64,000 bases of DNA from Vulcanimicrobiota bacterium (lineage in GTDB: Bacteria; Vulcanimicrobiota; Vulcanimicrobiia; Eremiobacterales; Eremiobacteraceae): positions 224,001 to 288,000 of the forward strand of contig CAWDVP010000001.1 in the NCBI GenBank assembly GCA_963805945.1, in the 5' to 3' direction. The notes below the pieces were generated by a model that saw only the letters and a list, made by a program, of their open reading frames with translations, was not told where the DNA came from and did no database searches. The translations under genes were made by a program, and so were the position numbers. Of this stretch, positions 48,258-58,034 are shown piece by piece. The number at the start of each line of letters is the position of its first letter. Position 1 is the first letter of the stretch.

Positions 48258-50708
48258 TCATGCCCGTGCCGGCTCTTTGAGCTTCTTCAACCGCAGCGGC
48301 GCGCCGCTGCCCGCGTCCAGCGCTTTCAAGACCTTCTCCGCGGTGATCGGCGTCGAGTGGACGCGCGCTTTGATCGCGTCCGCCACCGCGTTGGCGAGCG
48401 CGGGGATGACGGGATTGAGCGGGCCTTGGCCCGCTTCCTTCGCGCCGAACGGTCCCTCACGGTCGTCGGTCTCGACGATGATCGTCTCGATCGGCGGCGT
48501 GTCTAGACTCGTCGGCGTCTTGTAGTCGAGCAGGTTGGGATTCTTGTGCTCGCCCGCGCGGAACGGCCACTCCTCCATGAGCGCTTCGCCCAGCCCCATG
48601 TAGACGCCGCCCTCGATCTGCCCTTCCACCGAATCCGCGTTCACGCAGCGCCCGACGTCGTGCGCCAGCGTGATCTTCTCGACTTTGATCTCGCCGGTCT
48701 CGAGGTCGACGTCGACTTCTGCCACCGCCACGCTGTATGAGTATGCCGGCGAGGGTCCCACGCCTGAGCCCTTGTATTCCGCGGCGAGTTTCGGCGCGGT
48801 GTACGAGCCCGCGCACGCAATCGTGCCGAAGCGGCCCTCGGCGAGCTGCGCCGCTTCGATGAAGGTGAGCTCGTTGGCAGGAGTATCGACGTCGAACACC
48901 CTGCGTTTGGCGAAGCCGACGCGCTCGACCGCGATGCCCAGTTTCTCCGCGGCGGTGTGCGCGATCATCGCGCGCGCCTTGCCGGCGGCTTCACGCGCCG
49001 CGTTGCCCGCCATGAACGTGACGCGGCTCGAGTACGAGCCCAAATCGACCGGCGTGAGATCCGTGTCGCCGTAACAGACGCACACGTCTGTCACGTCGAC
49101 GCCCAGCGTCTCCGCCACGATCGCGGCGAGCATGTGCGTCGAACCTTGGCCGCACTCGCTCGTGCCGGTGAGGATGGTGACGCCGCCGCCGCGATCCACC
49201 TTCACGATCGCGGCCGATTGCGGCATATCGTTCCAATAGATGGGCAGGCCCGCGCCGCACAGATATGCGCTCGCCGCGATGCCGATGCCCTTGCCGCGCG
49301 GCAGCTTCCCCTTCTTGCGCTTGTATCCGGTGCGCTCCGCCGCGGCGTCGAGGCACTCGCGGATGCCGCACGAGGTGACGCGCAAGCCGTTGATCGTCGT
49401 CGTGTTCGGATCGACCGCGATGCGCTTGCGATACTCGGCCGCGTCGAGGCCGAGCGCGTCGGCGATCTTGTCGAGCTGGCTCTCGAGCGCGAAGCGCGGC
49501 TGCGTCGTGCCGTGCCCGCGCTTCGGACCGCACGGCGGCTTGTTGGTGAACACGCGGATGCCGTCGAACTTGTACGCGGGCACCTTGTAGGTGACGGTGG
49601 TCAGCGCGCCGGTGTAGTAGGTCGTCGCCACGCCGTACGAGCCATATCCGCCGCCGTCGAGGAACGATTGCAGGTGGATGGCGGTGATCGTGCCGTCGTT
49701 CTTGACGCCGGTCTTGAGCTTGAACTTCACCGGATGGCGGCCGCGGTGGGCGTAGAACACCTCTTGGCGGGTGAGCGCGATCTTCACCGGACGGCCAGTC
49801 TTGCGTGCGAGGAACGCCGCCGCGAGCTCGTGGGCGAACGGCTCGGTCTTGCCGCCGAAGCCGCCGCCGACCGGCGGCGCTATCACGCGCACGTGGCTGC
49901 CGGGCAGGCCGAGCACGGCGCACGAGATGCGATGCAGATAGTGCGGCGTCTGGGTTGAGCACCACAGTGTCAGCTTGCCGTCGCCGCCGAAGCGCGCGAC
50001 CACCGCGTGCTGCTCGATCGGCGCATGCGTCGTGCCGTCGAAGAAATACTCGTCTTCGAAGATCCGGTCGGCGGCGGCGAAGCCCGCCTCGACCTCGCCG
50101 AACTCGAGGTGGACTTCCTTATGGATGTTGTTCGTGCGCCGCGGGTTTTCGTGGATCTGCGGCAGGTCGTCGCGCAGGCCTTGTTCGATCGTCATGATCG
50201 TCGGCAGGGGCTCGTACTCGACCTCGATCAGCTCGAGCGCCTCCTCGGCCGTGAACTCATCGTCCGCCACGACACACGCGATGGGATCGCCGACGTAGCG
50301 CACCTTGTCGACGGCCATGACCGTCTCGTCCGCGCTCGACGGGAGGATGCCGTAGCGGACCGGCATGTCCTCGCCGGTCGCGATCGCGACGACGCCGGGA
50401 AGCTGCAAGGCGCGGCTCACGTCGACTCGTAGAAGCTTCGCATGCGGCATGGTGCTGCGCAGCATCTTGCCGTAGAGCATGTTCGGTAAGAAGATGTCGT
50501 CGGTGAACTGGTCTTGGCCGGTGACGCGCGTGTAGCTGTCGAGCTTCGGCATGGCCTTGCCGATGACGTGAAAACCTTCGGGTTTGCCGGGCGGCGTCTG
50601 CGGTGCGCGTGCGACGATCGTGAGGGCGTCGTGCGCCGGCATCGGCGGGCTCGCGTCGCCGTCCGGATTGGTCGCGGTGGTGACCTTGGGGAGATCGCTC
50701 TCCTTCAT
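48258..50708 (-). CDS. Xanthine dehydrogenase family molybdopterin subunit, HcrA-like
   Basis: STQTPH, GGGFGGK, HRGRHP, RGHG, GQG, GSYSSRVT, GQIEGG and GPFGAKEAG. Confidence 0.9.
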   Translation of the reverse strand: MKESDLPKVTTATNPDGDASPPMPAHDALTIVARAPQTPPGKPEGFHVIGKAMPKLDSYTRVTGQDQFTDDIFLPNMLYGKMLRSTMPHAKLLRVDVSRALQLPGVVAIATGEDMPVRYGILPSSADETVMAVDKVRYVGDPIACVVADDEFTAEEALELIEVEYEPLPTIMTIEQGLRDDLPQIHENPRRTNNIHKEVHLEFGEVEAGFAAADRIFEDEYFFDGTTHAPIEQHAVVARFGGDGKLTLWCSTQTPHYLHRISCAVLGLPGSHVRVIAPPVGGGFGGKTEPFAHELAAAFLARKTGRPVKIALTRQEVFYAHRGRHPVKFKLKTGVKNDGTITAIHLQSFLDGGGYGSYGVATTYYTGALTTVTYKVPAYKFDGIRVFTNKPPCGPKRGHGTTQPRFALESQLDKIADALGLDAAEYRKRIAVDPNTTTINGLRVTSCGIRECLDAAAERTGYKRKKGKLPRGKGIGIAASAYLCGAGLPIYWNDMPQSAAIVKVDRGGGVTILTGTSECGQGSTHMLAAIVAETLGVDVTDVCVCYGDTDLTPVDLGSYSSRVTFMAGNAAREAAGKARAMIAHTAAEKLGIAVERVGFAKRRVFDVDTPANELTFIEAAQLAEGRFGTIACAGSYTAPKLAAEYKGSGVGPSPAYSYSVAVAEVDVDLETGEIKVEKITLAHDVGRCVNADSVEGQIEGGVYMGLGEALMEEWPFRAGEHKNPNLLDYKTPTSLDTPPIETIIVETDDREGPFGAKEAGQGPLNPVIPALANAVADAIKARVHSTPITAEKVLKALDAGSGAPLRLKKLKEPARA

Positions 50709-51229
50709 CGGCCGTGCGTACGGTCGAATGAATTCGGCCGCTCCATATCACCCATTCGCGCAGAGGCGAGCGCGATGGCTTCGACGATCTTCGAATAGCC
50801 CGTGCAGCGGCACAGATTACCGGCGATCGCCTCGCGGATCTGCTGCTCGGTGAGATCGCCCTTCTGCTCGACGAGCGCGGCGCCTGTCATAAGAAAGCCT
50901 GGCGTGCAGTAGCCGCATTGCGCGGCGCCGCACTCGGCGAACGCGGCTTGGATCGGATGCAATGTGCCATCGCGCGCCAGACCCTCGACGGTGCGGATCT
51001 CATGCCCTTCGGCTTCGATGGCGAGCGCGAGGCACGACAGCACGGGCACGTCATCGACCAGCACGCAGCACGCGCCGCAATGGCCCATCTCGCAACCGTG
51101 CTTGGTGCCGGTCAAACCGAGATCCTCACGCAGCACTTCGAGCAGCGTTTTGTTGGGATGAAACGCGCACTCGATCGGCTCGCCGTTGATGGTGAGCGTC
51201 ACGAGGACTTTCGCGGGGGCGACGGTCAT
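50705..51229 (-). CDS. (2Fe-2S) subunit, HcrC/CoxS-like
   Basis: GTKHGCEMGHCGAC, QCGYCTPG and GNLCRCTGY. Confidence 0.93.
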   Translation of the reverse strand: MTVAPAKVLVTLTINGEPIECAFHPNKTLLEVLREDLGLTGTKHGCEMGHCGACCVLVDDVPVLSCLALAIEAEGHEIRTVEGLARDGTLHPIQAAFAECGAAQCGYCTPGFLMTGAALVEQKGDLTEQQIREAIAGNLCRCTGYSKIVEAIALASARMGDMERPNSFDRTHGR

Positions 51230-51286
51230 GGGGTGTGTCGGCGCTCCGTTCAGCTAGCAGAACGCCCGTTCTCGGGCCAGACAGTA

Positions 51287-51703
51287 TTATAGATGATGGG
51301 GGAGTGGATAGCAACGAGTCGCCGCAGAGCGCCACAGCCGCCATCCCAGGGCGGCGCTGAGGCCGCCCAGCCCGATGATGAGACCTTCAAGCAGTTTCGA
51401 GATGAAGCCGTGCCGGTAGTCCGGCCCGGCGAAGAGCATGTCGTGGCCATGCACGACGATCGCGCCGATGCACCACAACGCGCCGGTGAATGCGAGCACG
51501 ATCGCGGCCCGGTCGTTCCCGCGAAGCACGAGCGCGATGCCGATCAGTTGCAGCACGTACGCACCGGCGAGGAGCCACTCGCTCGCGGCCAGCGATATTC
51601 CGAAACGGTCTAGATCACCGTAGCGGAAGTCCTCAAGTGCGTGCGGGAAAGCGACGAACGCGAGCGCGACCGCGACGACGACAAGACTAATGCGAGGCGA
51701 CAT
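51287..51703 (-). CDS. Hypothetical membrane protein
   Basis: About four hydrophobic segments; PHALEDF. Confidence 0.6.
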   Translation of the reverse strand: MSPRISLVVVAVALAFVAFPHALEDFRYGDLDRFGISLAASEWLLAGAYVLQLIGIALVLRGNDRAAIVLAFTGALWCIGAIVVHGHDMLFAGPDYRHGFISKLLEGLIIGLGGLSAALGWRLWRSAATRCYPLPHHL

Positions 51704-51716
51704 GCGTGATGGATTT

Positions 51717-51744
51717 GGGTCGAGCTAAAGCTCGACCCCTACAT
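51717..51744 (-). repeat. GTAG-type REP palindrome
   Basis: Minus strand ATGTAGGGGTCGAGCTTTAGCTCGACCC. Confidence 0.82.
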
Positions 51745-51752
51745 AGGTCGAT

Positions 51753-52238
51753 TTATTGGGCGGGCTTGAAGACCAGCGCCACCCCGTTCATGCAGTAGCG
51801 CAGTCCGGTCGGCTTCGGCCCGTCGTCGAACACGTGGCCGAGATGTCCGCCGCAGCGACGGCAATGCACCTCGGTGCGCACCTCTAAGAACGACGTGTCG
51901 CGCGTCGTGCCGATAGCGTTCGGCAACGGCGCCCAGAAACTCGGCCAGCCGGTCCCGCTGTCGTACTTGGTCTTCGACGAGAACAGCTGGAGTTCGCAGC
52001 CGGCGCACGAGTATATCCCCGGCCGCGTCTCGAGATCGAGCGGACTGGTGAACGCCGTCTCGGTCCCCTGCTCGCGCAGCACGTAGAACTGCTCCGGCGT
52101 GAGCCGCTTCTTCCACTCTTCGGTGCTGTAGCTCACTTCGTATGTCTGCGCCGAGCGTGCGGCGCGGCGCGAATTAGCCACGCCTACGGCGGCGGCGATC
52201 GCGGCGAGTGTCCCTGTGATCCAAGTGCGTCGAGTCAT
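51753..52238 (-). CDS. msrB: Peptide-methionine (R)-S-oxide reductase, probably Tat-exported
   Basis: GTETAF, KYDSGTGWPSF and GHLGHVFDDGPKPTGLRYCMN; N-terminal TRRTWI plus a hydrophobic stretch. Confidence 0.95.
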   Translation of the reverse strand: MTRRTWITGTLAAIAAAVGVANSRRAARSAQTYEVSYSTEEWKKRLTPEQFYVLREQGTETAFTSPLDLETRPGIYSCAGCELQLFSSKTKYDSGTGWPSFWAPLPNAIGTTRDTSFLEVRTEVHCRRCGGHLGHVFDDGPKPTGLRYCMNGVALVFKPAQ

Positions 52239-52356
52239 GATGTCCCTCGTCAAGCGTACTTTCTCTGTGTGGATATACGTTGTCCCGGTGGTTTTGGATG
52301 CGGGTACCCCGCCGGCGCGGGTGAATGCTCCCTATTTCGCCAAGCGTGCAAGCGAT

Positions 52357-53223
52357 ATGCAATTCAAGACCTTCAGTTGGCCGGTCAGCATCGGCCTGCT
52401 CATCATCCACTTGATCGCGTTCGCGGCGTTCTTCCCGTACTTCTTCTCGTGGGGCGGCGTTGCCGTCGCGCTGGGGCTGTGGTGGATGACGGGCGCCGTC
52501 GGGATCGCGCTATGCTACCACCGCATGCTGACGCATCGCAGCATAGAAATGCCAAAGCCGCTCGAATATTTCGCCGCGTTGTGCGGCACGCTCTCGCTGC
52601 AGGGCGGCCCCATCGAATGGGTGGCGACGCATCGCCTCCATCATGCGCACGCCGACGACGAGGGCGACCCGCACGACGCGCATCGCGGTCTCATCTGGAC
52701 GCACATCGACTGGCTCTACAAGCCCAATGATGCGCGCCCGAGCGTGGAAGAACAACAGCGCTACGCGATGGACCTGTACTCCCAACCGTACTACCGGTTC
52801 TTGCAGCGCTATCAGCTGTGGTTGCAGGTCGCACTCGGTCTCGTGCTCTTCGCGTTCGGCGGCGCGTCCTGGGTCGTGTGGGGCATCTTCGCGCGCTTGG
52901 TCTTCGTCTACCACATCACGTGGTTCGTGAACAGCGCGGCGCACAAGTACGGCTATCGCACCTACAAGACGACAGACCTCTCCACCAACTGCTGGTGGGT
53001 CGCGCTGCTCACCTGGGGCGAAGGCTGGCACAACAACCACCATGCCTTCCCGTTCTCAGCGCGCCATGGGCTGCGCTGGTTCGAGTTCGATCCGACTTGG
53101 ATCCAGATCAAAGTGCTCAAGGCGCTCCACTTGGTGCGCGACGTCAAACTGCCGTCACCCGCCATGCTCGAACGTCTCGCCGCCCGCGCCACGGGATCGG
53201 CGCGGTCGCAGCCGCAAGGATAG
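52357..53223 (+). CDS. Delta-9 type fatty acid desaturase
   Basis: His boxes HRMLTH, HRLHH and WHNNHH; VNSAAH. Confidence 0.93.
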   Translation: MQFKTFSWPVSIGLLIIHLIAFAAFFPYFFSWGGVAVALGLWWMTGAVGIALCYHRMLTHRSIEMPKPLEYFAALCGTLSLQGGPIEWVATHRLHHAHADDEGDPHDAHRGLIWTHIDWLYKPNDARPSVEEQQRYAMDLYSQPYYRFLQRYQLWLQVALGLVLFAFGGASWVVWGIFARLVFVYHITWFVNSAAHKYGYRTYKTTDLSTNCWWVALLTWGEGWHNNHHAFPFSARHGLRWFEFDPTWIQIKVLKALHLVRDVKLPSPAMLERLAARATGSARSQPQG

Positions 53224-53247
53224 TCTCAAGGAGGCGCGGGAAAGCGC

Positions 53248-54588
53248 ATGTCGACACGCACGATCGAGACCAGCCGCCCGAGCGAGCCCGCTCCAGAACC
53301 GGCGAGCGTTTCGGCCGCACGTGATGTCGTCCAAAGACTTTTCGCGGGTATCGACCTTCCCGTCTCCGTGATCCTCGCCGACGGCACCCCGTTGTTCGCG
53401 TCAACCGCCGCGCCGAAAACCACCTTCGTCCTCGCGCATCCCGGCGTACTGCGTTCGCTCACCGCGCGCGCGTCAGATCTCGCCGCGGGCGAGGCGGTCG
53501 TGCACGGCGACATCAAGGTGCGCGGCGACGCGGAAGGCGCGTTCGCCGCCATGGACGCGATCGTCGGACTGCGCACGCCGAAGGAATGGCTGGCGATCGG
53601 CGCGCTGATCACCCGCCTGCCGCGCGCCCGCAGCGCGCAGACGGCTCAAGGAAGAGGGCCGGCCCGTCTGCATGGACGCGTGCATTCGATCGAGCGCGAC
53701 CGTCTGGCGATCTCGTACCATTACGACGTCTCCAATGAGTTCTTCGCCCTCTGGCTCGGACACGAGATGACGTACTCGTGCGCGTACTTCCGCCATGCGA
53801 CCGACACGCTTGATCAAGCGCAGGCGCAGAAGTACGACCTCATCTGCCGCAAGCTGCGGCTGCGCGCCGGCGAGCGGCTGCTCGACGTCGGCTGCGGCTG
53901 GGGCGGCTTGGTCCGTTTCGCCGCGCGCGAATACGGGGCTCGCACCGTCGGCATCACCTTGAGCCGCAAGCAGGCGGAGTACGCGCAAGCGCGCGGCGCA
54001 GCCGAAGGGCTTGATGCGCTCAGCCGTGTCGTGCTGCTCGACTATCGCGAGCTCGGCACGCTCGGTCCTTTTGATAAGGCGGCGAGCATCGGCATGGTCG
54101 AGCATGTCGGCGAAGAGCGCCTGACCGACTACTTCCGTTGCGTCTACGACGCGCTCGTGCCCGGCGGTGTCTTCCTCAACCACGGGATCGTGAAGCAGCA
54201 TGCGGCGGCGCGCGGTTTGGCGGAGCGCTTCTTCCCGCCCAACTCGCGCTTCATCGAGCACTACGTCTTTCCGGACGGCGACATACCGCGCTTGTGGAGC
54301 ATGTGTCGCGCCTCGCAGGACGAGGGTTTTGAGGTGCGCGACGTCGAGAATCTGCGCGAGCACTACGCGCTCACGCTGCGCATGTGGGTGGCGGGACTCG
54401 AGGCGCATGAGGCCCAGGCGCGCGCGCTCGTCGGGGACGAGACCTACAACGTGTGGCGTTTCTACATGTCGGGCTCCGCGCGCACCTTCGCGGTCGGCCG
54501 CATGGGCATCGTGCAGATGCTGCTCGCGAAGCGGACGGGCGACGGGCGCGCGCTCGTGCCCCCGACGCGCGACGACATCTACAAGTGA
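53248..54588 (+). CDS. cfa: Cyclopropane-fatty-acyl-phospholipid synthase family methyltransferase
   Basis: ISYHYDVSNEFF, MTYSCAYF, LDVGCGWG, SIGMVEH, YVFP and HYALTL. Confidence 0.9.
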   Translation: MSTRTIETSRPSEPAPEPASVSAARDVVQRLFAGIDLPVSVILADGTPLFASTAAPKTTFVLAHPGVLRSLTARASDLAAGEAVVHGDIKVRGDAEGAFAAMDAIVGLRTPKEWLAIGALITRLPRARSAQTAQGRGPARLHGRVHSIERDRLAISYHYDVSNEFFALWLGHEMTYSCAYFRHATDTLDQAQAQKYDLICRKLRLRAGERLLDVGCGWGGLVRFAAREYGARTVGITLSRKQAEYAQARGAAEGLDALSRVVLLDYRELGTLGPFDKAASIGMVEHVGEERLTDYFRCVYDALVPGGVFLNHGIVKQHAAARGLAERFFPPNSRFIEHYVFPDGDIPRLWSMCRASQDEGFEVRDVENLREHYALTLRMWVAGLEAHEAQARALVGDETYNVWRFYMSGSARTFAVGRMGIVQMLLAKRTGDGRALVPPTRDDIYK

Positions 54589-54615
54589 TGTAGGGGCCGA
54601 TCTTTAGATCGGCCC
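54588..54615 (+). repeat. GTAG-type REP palindrome
   Basis: ATGTAGGGGCCGATCTTTAGATCGGCCC between convergent genes. Confidence 0.85.
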
Positions 54616-54619
54616 TCGC

Positions 54620-57433
54620 TCAGGACTTCAGCTTCGCGATAAGCTCCGCACGCGAGCCGGCTTCCATCTTCGTGAGCACGGAGGAGACGTGGGTCTCGAC
54701 GGTGCGTTCGCTGATGACGAGCGCCTCGGCGATCGCTTTGTTGGTCTTGCCCTGCACGAGCAGGTCGCAGATCTCGCGCTCGCGGGCGGTGAGCTCGCTC
54801 TTGGTCCGCCCACGCCGGTTGACGGGGTTGAGCAGCGCCTCGAGGCGGCGCGCATCGCGTGCCGCGCCGGTCCGTCTGTAGATCTCGAACGCCTCGGGCA
54901 TCTCGCCCGCGAGTTCGAGCGCCTGCGCTTCGAGCAAGGGCCAGCCGATCGCCTTGAACCGCGCCGCCGCGTCGCGCGCCGCTGCGGCGGCCGCTTCACG
55001 GTCCTTGGACCGGTGACGTTCGAAGGCGTCGAACAGCGCGAGATATGCCGGCAGCGTGGCCACTGCGGAGAGGTCTGCGGTGCGCTGCAGCAGCGCTCGC
55101 GCACGCGGCGCGTCCGCGAGATCGCCGTGCTGCGCCACCATCGTCAGCAGGCGCTCGGCGTCGCTCGGACCGGGATGCGACGTGATATGCTCGAGCGCGT
55201 CGAGCGCGCGGTGCAGCAGGGCAGCGGCTTCGTCGTGTTTGTTCTGCGCCGCGTGCCGCTCGACAAACGCGGCGAGCGCGCCGATGAGCGTCGAGTCGGT
55301 GGAGGTGAGACCGAAATCGATGAGGTCTTTCTTGGCGGTGCGACGCACCAGCTCGTCGTCGTTGAGGGCGAGCCCCAATGGGATCGCGACGCCCGCGAGG
55401 TGGATGCGAAAACTCGGCATTTCGATGCCCGCGGCGAGCGCTTCGTCGACGAGCGCCTTCGCCCGCGCCAACTCCCCTTCGAGGAGCGCGGCGTACGCGG
55501 CGTAGACGAGCGTCCAGTTGACCGTGAGACCGCCGAGTTTTGTCGCTCGCGCGATCTCCAACGCCCGTTCAAAACCGCCTCGCGCCGCCTCGCGCTCACC
55601 GATGAGCGCCATGATGCCGGCGTAGTTCCCCCAGCAGCGCACCGCCGCGCGGACGTCGCGCTCGAGCGCGGCCGCCTCGACCGCCTTCGTGGTGAATTCG
55701 AGCGCTTCGCGCGGCCGGCCGAGCCCGATCGCGAGCGACGCACGGTTCTCCCAGAAGCTCACGAGCTCGGCCGGCCGCCGCGCTGCCGCAGCGCGCTCCG
55801 CCTCGCGTTCGTGCTCGCGGGCCTTGTCGGGGTCCCAGCGATACGACGTGTGAAGACCCAGCAGCTCGACATGCGTGAAGAAGAAAGCGGGACTTGCCGG
55901 ATTCGATCCGACCAGCTCGAGCGCCAGACGACAGTCGCGCAGGTGCCCCTCTGTGTCTCCCAGCGTGAGGCGCTGACGGGCGAGACGGAGCGCCGTCCGC
56001 GCTGCATCCTCAGTGGCGTCTGCCGACCGGTAGTACGCGAACGCTTCTTCCAGCGCTCGAACCGCTCGTTCTCCGAAACCGGCTTGATGCAGCACATCGG
56101 CGAACTTGCGGTTGAGCGCGGCGCGCTGTGGGCCTGCGAGCGCGCCCGTATCGAGGGCGCGGCCGTAGCACGTCACCGCATCCCGGTAGGCGAAGAATTC
56201 AAACGCGAGATCGCCGGCGCTCTCGTTGTAGCGAGCGGCCTTCTCGGCGTCGTGCGACTGCCAGTAATGGTATGCCAGCTCGGCGATATGCGCCTCGACG
56301 TCGGCAGAGGCCTCGAGCGCGTCCCCGATGCGCCGATGCAGGCCGCGCGTCTCGGCGACCAGCAGCTCGGCGTAGAGCGCTTCGCGGATGAGCTCGTGCC
56401 GGAAGGCGTAACGGATATCGGTGCCGGCCTCCTCGACGAGCAACTGCAGACCGATGGCGCGCTTGAGCATCTCGATGACGCGCTCGATCTCGCGACCGGA
56501 GATCGCGGCCAGGAATTCGGCGCTGAAGCGGCGCCCGATCGCCGCGGCCTGCGCGAGCAGCGTCCGATCGAGATCGTCCATGCCCGCGACGCGTTCGCTG
56601 ACCGCTTGGGCCACCGAGCCCGGCAGCTGCCGGCTATTCGCGCGGTCGCCCGCTTCGACGTTCTTGAGCAGCTCTTCGGCGAACAGCGGATTGCCTTCGG
56701 CCCGTTCGCAGATCGCGCCGACCGTGACGGCCGGCAAGGGCGCCCTATCCTCCAACGCCCGTTCCACCAGCTCGCGCATATCGGCGTCGGTCAACGGCCC
56801 GAGATCGAGGCGCTGCACCTGCGGATATCGGCCGAGCTTGGCCAACACGGACCGCAGCTGGTGTCCGCGGGGCAGTTCATCAGAGCGGAAAGTGACGACG
56901 ATGACGAGTCGCGACGCCACGATGCGCGGCGCGAGATGCAGCAGCAGCTCCAAGGTCGCGCTATCCGCCCATTGGAGATCCTCGATGACCACGACCGTCG
57001 GCGTCGCCGCAGCGAAGCGCACCAGCGCGTCGGCTAAGGCGTTGAACTGGAGCAGTTTATCACGCGCGGGCTCCGCTGCAGTCACGCCCGCCTCTGCGAG
57101 CGCCGGCAGCAGCGGTGCGATCGCTTTGCGCAGCGCGGTCGCGCCGCGCAAAGCCGATGGTTCGATGACATCGAGCGTCTCGATGACGGCGAGGAACGGC
57201 GCGAAGGGAGATTGGACGTATTCGAGACAGCCGCCGACCGCGCAGCGGGCGCCGCGCCCCTCGAGGCTCGCGCAGAACTCGGCGACGAGCCGGCTCTTGC
57301 CCGCGCCGCCGTCGCCTGCCACGATGCAGAGCGAGCCCTCGCCCCGCTCTGCCGCGACGATGCGATCCCGCAGCGCGGCGAGTTGCGGCCAGCGATTGAC
57401 GAGACCCCGCCCGTGCGGAGGTGGAGTCGGCAT
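54620..57433 (-). CDS. STAND-type AAA ATPase with C-terminal LuxR HTH (LAL/MalT-like regulator)
   Basis: GDGGAGKSRL, VIEDLQWAD, GNPLF, FRHELIR, a helical repeat region, and LTAREREI...NKAIAEALVISERTVETHV. Confidence 0.92.
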   Translation of the reverse strand: MPTPPPHGRGLVNRWPQLAALRDRIVAAERGEGSLCIVAGDGGAGKSRLVAEFCASLEGRGARCAVGGCLEYVQSPFAPFLAVIETLDVIEPSALRGATALRKAIAPLLPALAEAGVTAAEPARDKLLQFNALADALVRFAAATPTVVVIEDLQWADSATLELLLHLAPRIVASRLVIVVTFRSDELPRGHQLRSVLAKLGRYPQVQRLDLGPLTDADMRELVERALEDRAPLPAVTVGAICERAEGNPLFAEELLKNVEAGDRANSRQLPGSVAQAVSERVAGMDDLDRTLLAQAAAIGRRFSAEFLAAISGREIERVIEMLKRAIGLQLLVEEAGTDIRYAFRHELIREALYAELLVAETRGLHRRIGDALEASADVEAHIAELAYHYWQSHDAEKAARYNESAGDLAFEFFAYRDAVTCYGRALDTGALAGPQRAALNRKFADVLHQAGFGERAVRALEEAFAYYRSADATEDAARTALRLARQRLTLGDTEGHLRDCRLALELVGSNPASPAFFFTHVELLGLHTSYRWDPDKAREHEREAERAAAARRPAELVSFWENRASLAIGLGRPREALEFTTKAVEAAALERDVRAAVRCWGNYAGIMALIGEREAARGGFERALEIARATKLGGLTVNWTLVYAAYAALLEGELARAKALVDEALAAGIEMPSFRIHLAGVAIPLGLALNDDELVRRTAKKDLIDFGLTSTDSTLIGALAAFVERHAAQNKHDEAAALLHRALDALEHITSHPGPSDAERLLTMVAQHGDLADAPRARALLQRTADLSAVATLPAYLALFDAFERHRSKDREAAAAAARDAAARFKAIGWPLLEAQALELAGEMPEAFEIYRRTGAARDARRLEALLNPVNRRGRTKSELTAREREICDLLVQGKTNKAIAEALVISERTVETHVSSVLTKMEAGSRAELIAKLKS

Positions 57434-57502
57434 CAGCTGGCTCTCAGCCTGACGACCGGAGGGAAGACACGCTGGTCAGTTATCTAACGTTGGCGCCCCG
57501 AC

Positions 57503-57970
57503 CTAGCGCTTGCGTTTGGACTTCGCGGCAGCCGCTTTCCCTTTGGCCTTCGGCTCCTTCTTCAGCGCTGCCGGATAGCCCGACTGGACGTGGCCACCGC
57601 CTGGCGGCCAGGGGAAGGGCAAGCGGGGGCGAGGTACTCCGGGATCGCCAGGCGCGTCCGGCCAGACATGTTGGACGTGGCCGCCGATGTAAGGATTCTC
57701 GGGGTTCGTCCGCAGACCGTGCTGGACATGGCCGCCCTGCATGGCTTTACCCTGATGCTCGGCGTCTATCTCTTGGTTGACGTCGTGCGCCCTATCCTTC
57801 GGAGGGCTCTCTTTGAAGAGGCCGACTTGCTTCATCGTCAGACCGTACGCGTCGGCCCAACCGGCGGTGTCGGCGTCGCCGTAAAAATCGTTGCGCGCGT
57901 CCTCATCAAAGGTGAGGAGCAACGCAAGCGCGGTGAATCGGTAGTAGGTGCCTGACGTTCTGCGCGCCAT
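57503..57970 (-). CDS. Putative split-borosin RiPP precursor (155 aa)
   Basis: AAGGAG RBS; N-terminal LigA/BBD-like helical segment (DEDARNDFYGD...AYGLTMKQV), three GGHVQ repeats and a Lys-rich tail. Lies directly downstream of the borosin methyltransferase. Confidence 0.72.
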   Translation of the reverse strand: MARRTSGTYYRFTALALLLTFDEDARNDFYGDADTAGWADAYGLTMKQVGLFKESPPKDRAHDVNQEIDAEHQGKAMQGGHVQHGLRTNPENPYIGGHVQHVWPDAPGDPGVPRPRLPFPWPPGGGHVQSGYPAALKKEPKAKGKAAAAKSKRKR

Positions 57971-58034
57971 GATGCTACGCTCCTTTAGAAAGCACGAAGG
58001 CATTCTGACCGGTGCGTCAGGCGGCGGCCTTCTT

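Noticed and set aside
48258..50708. Mo subunit as aerobic CO dehydrogenase CoxL
   Set aside because: It lacks AYxCSFR/AYxGAGR at the active-site loop (it has PKRGHG). The AYLCGAG string lies elsewhere in the protein.
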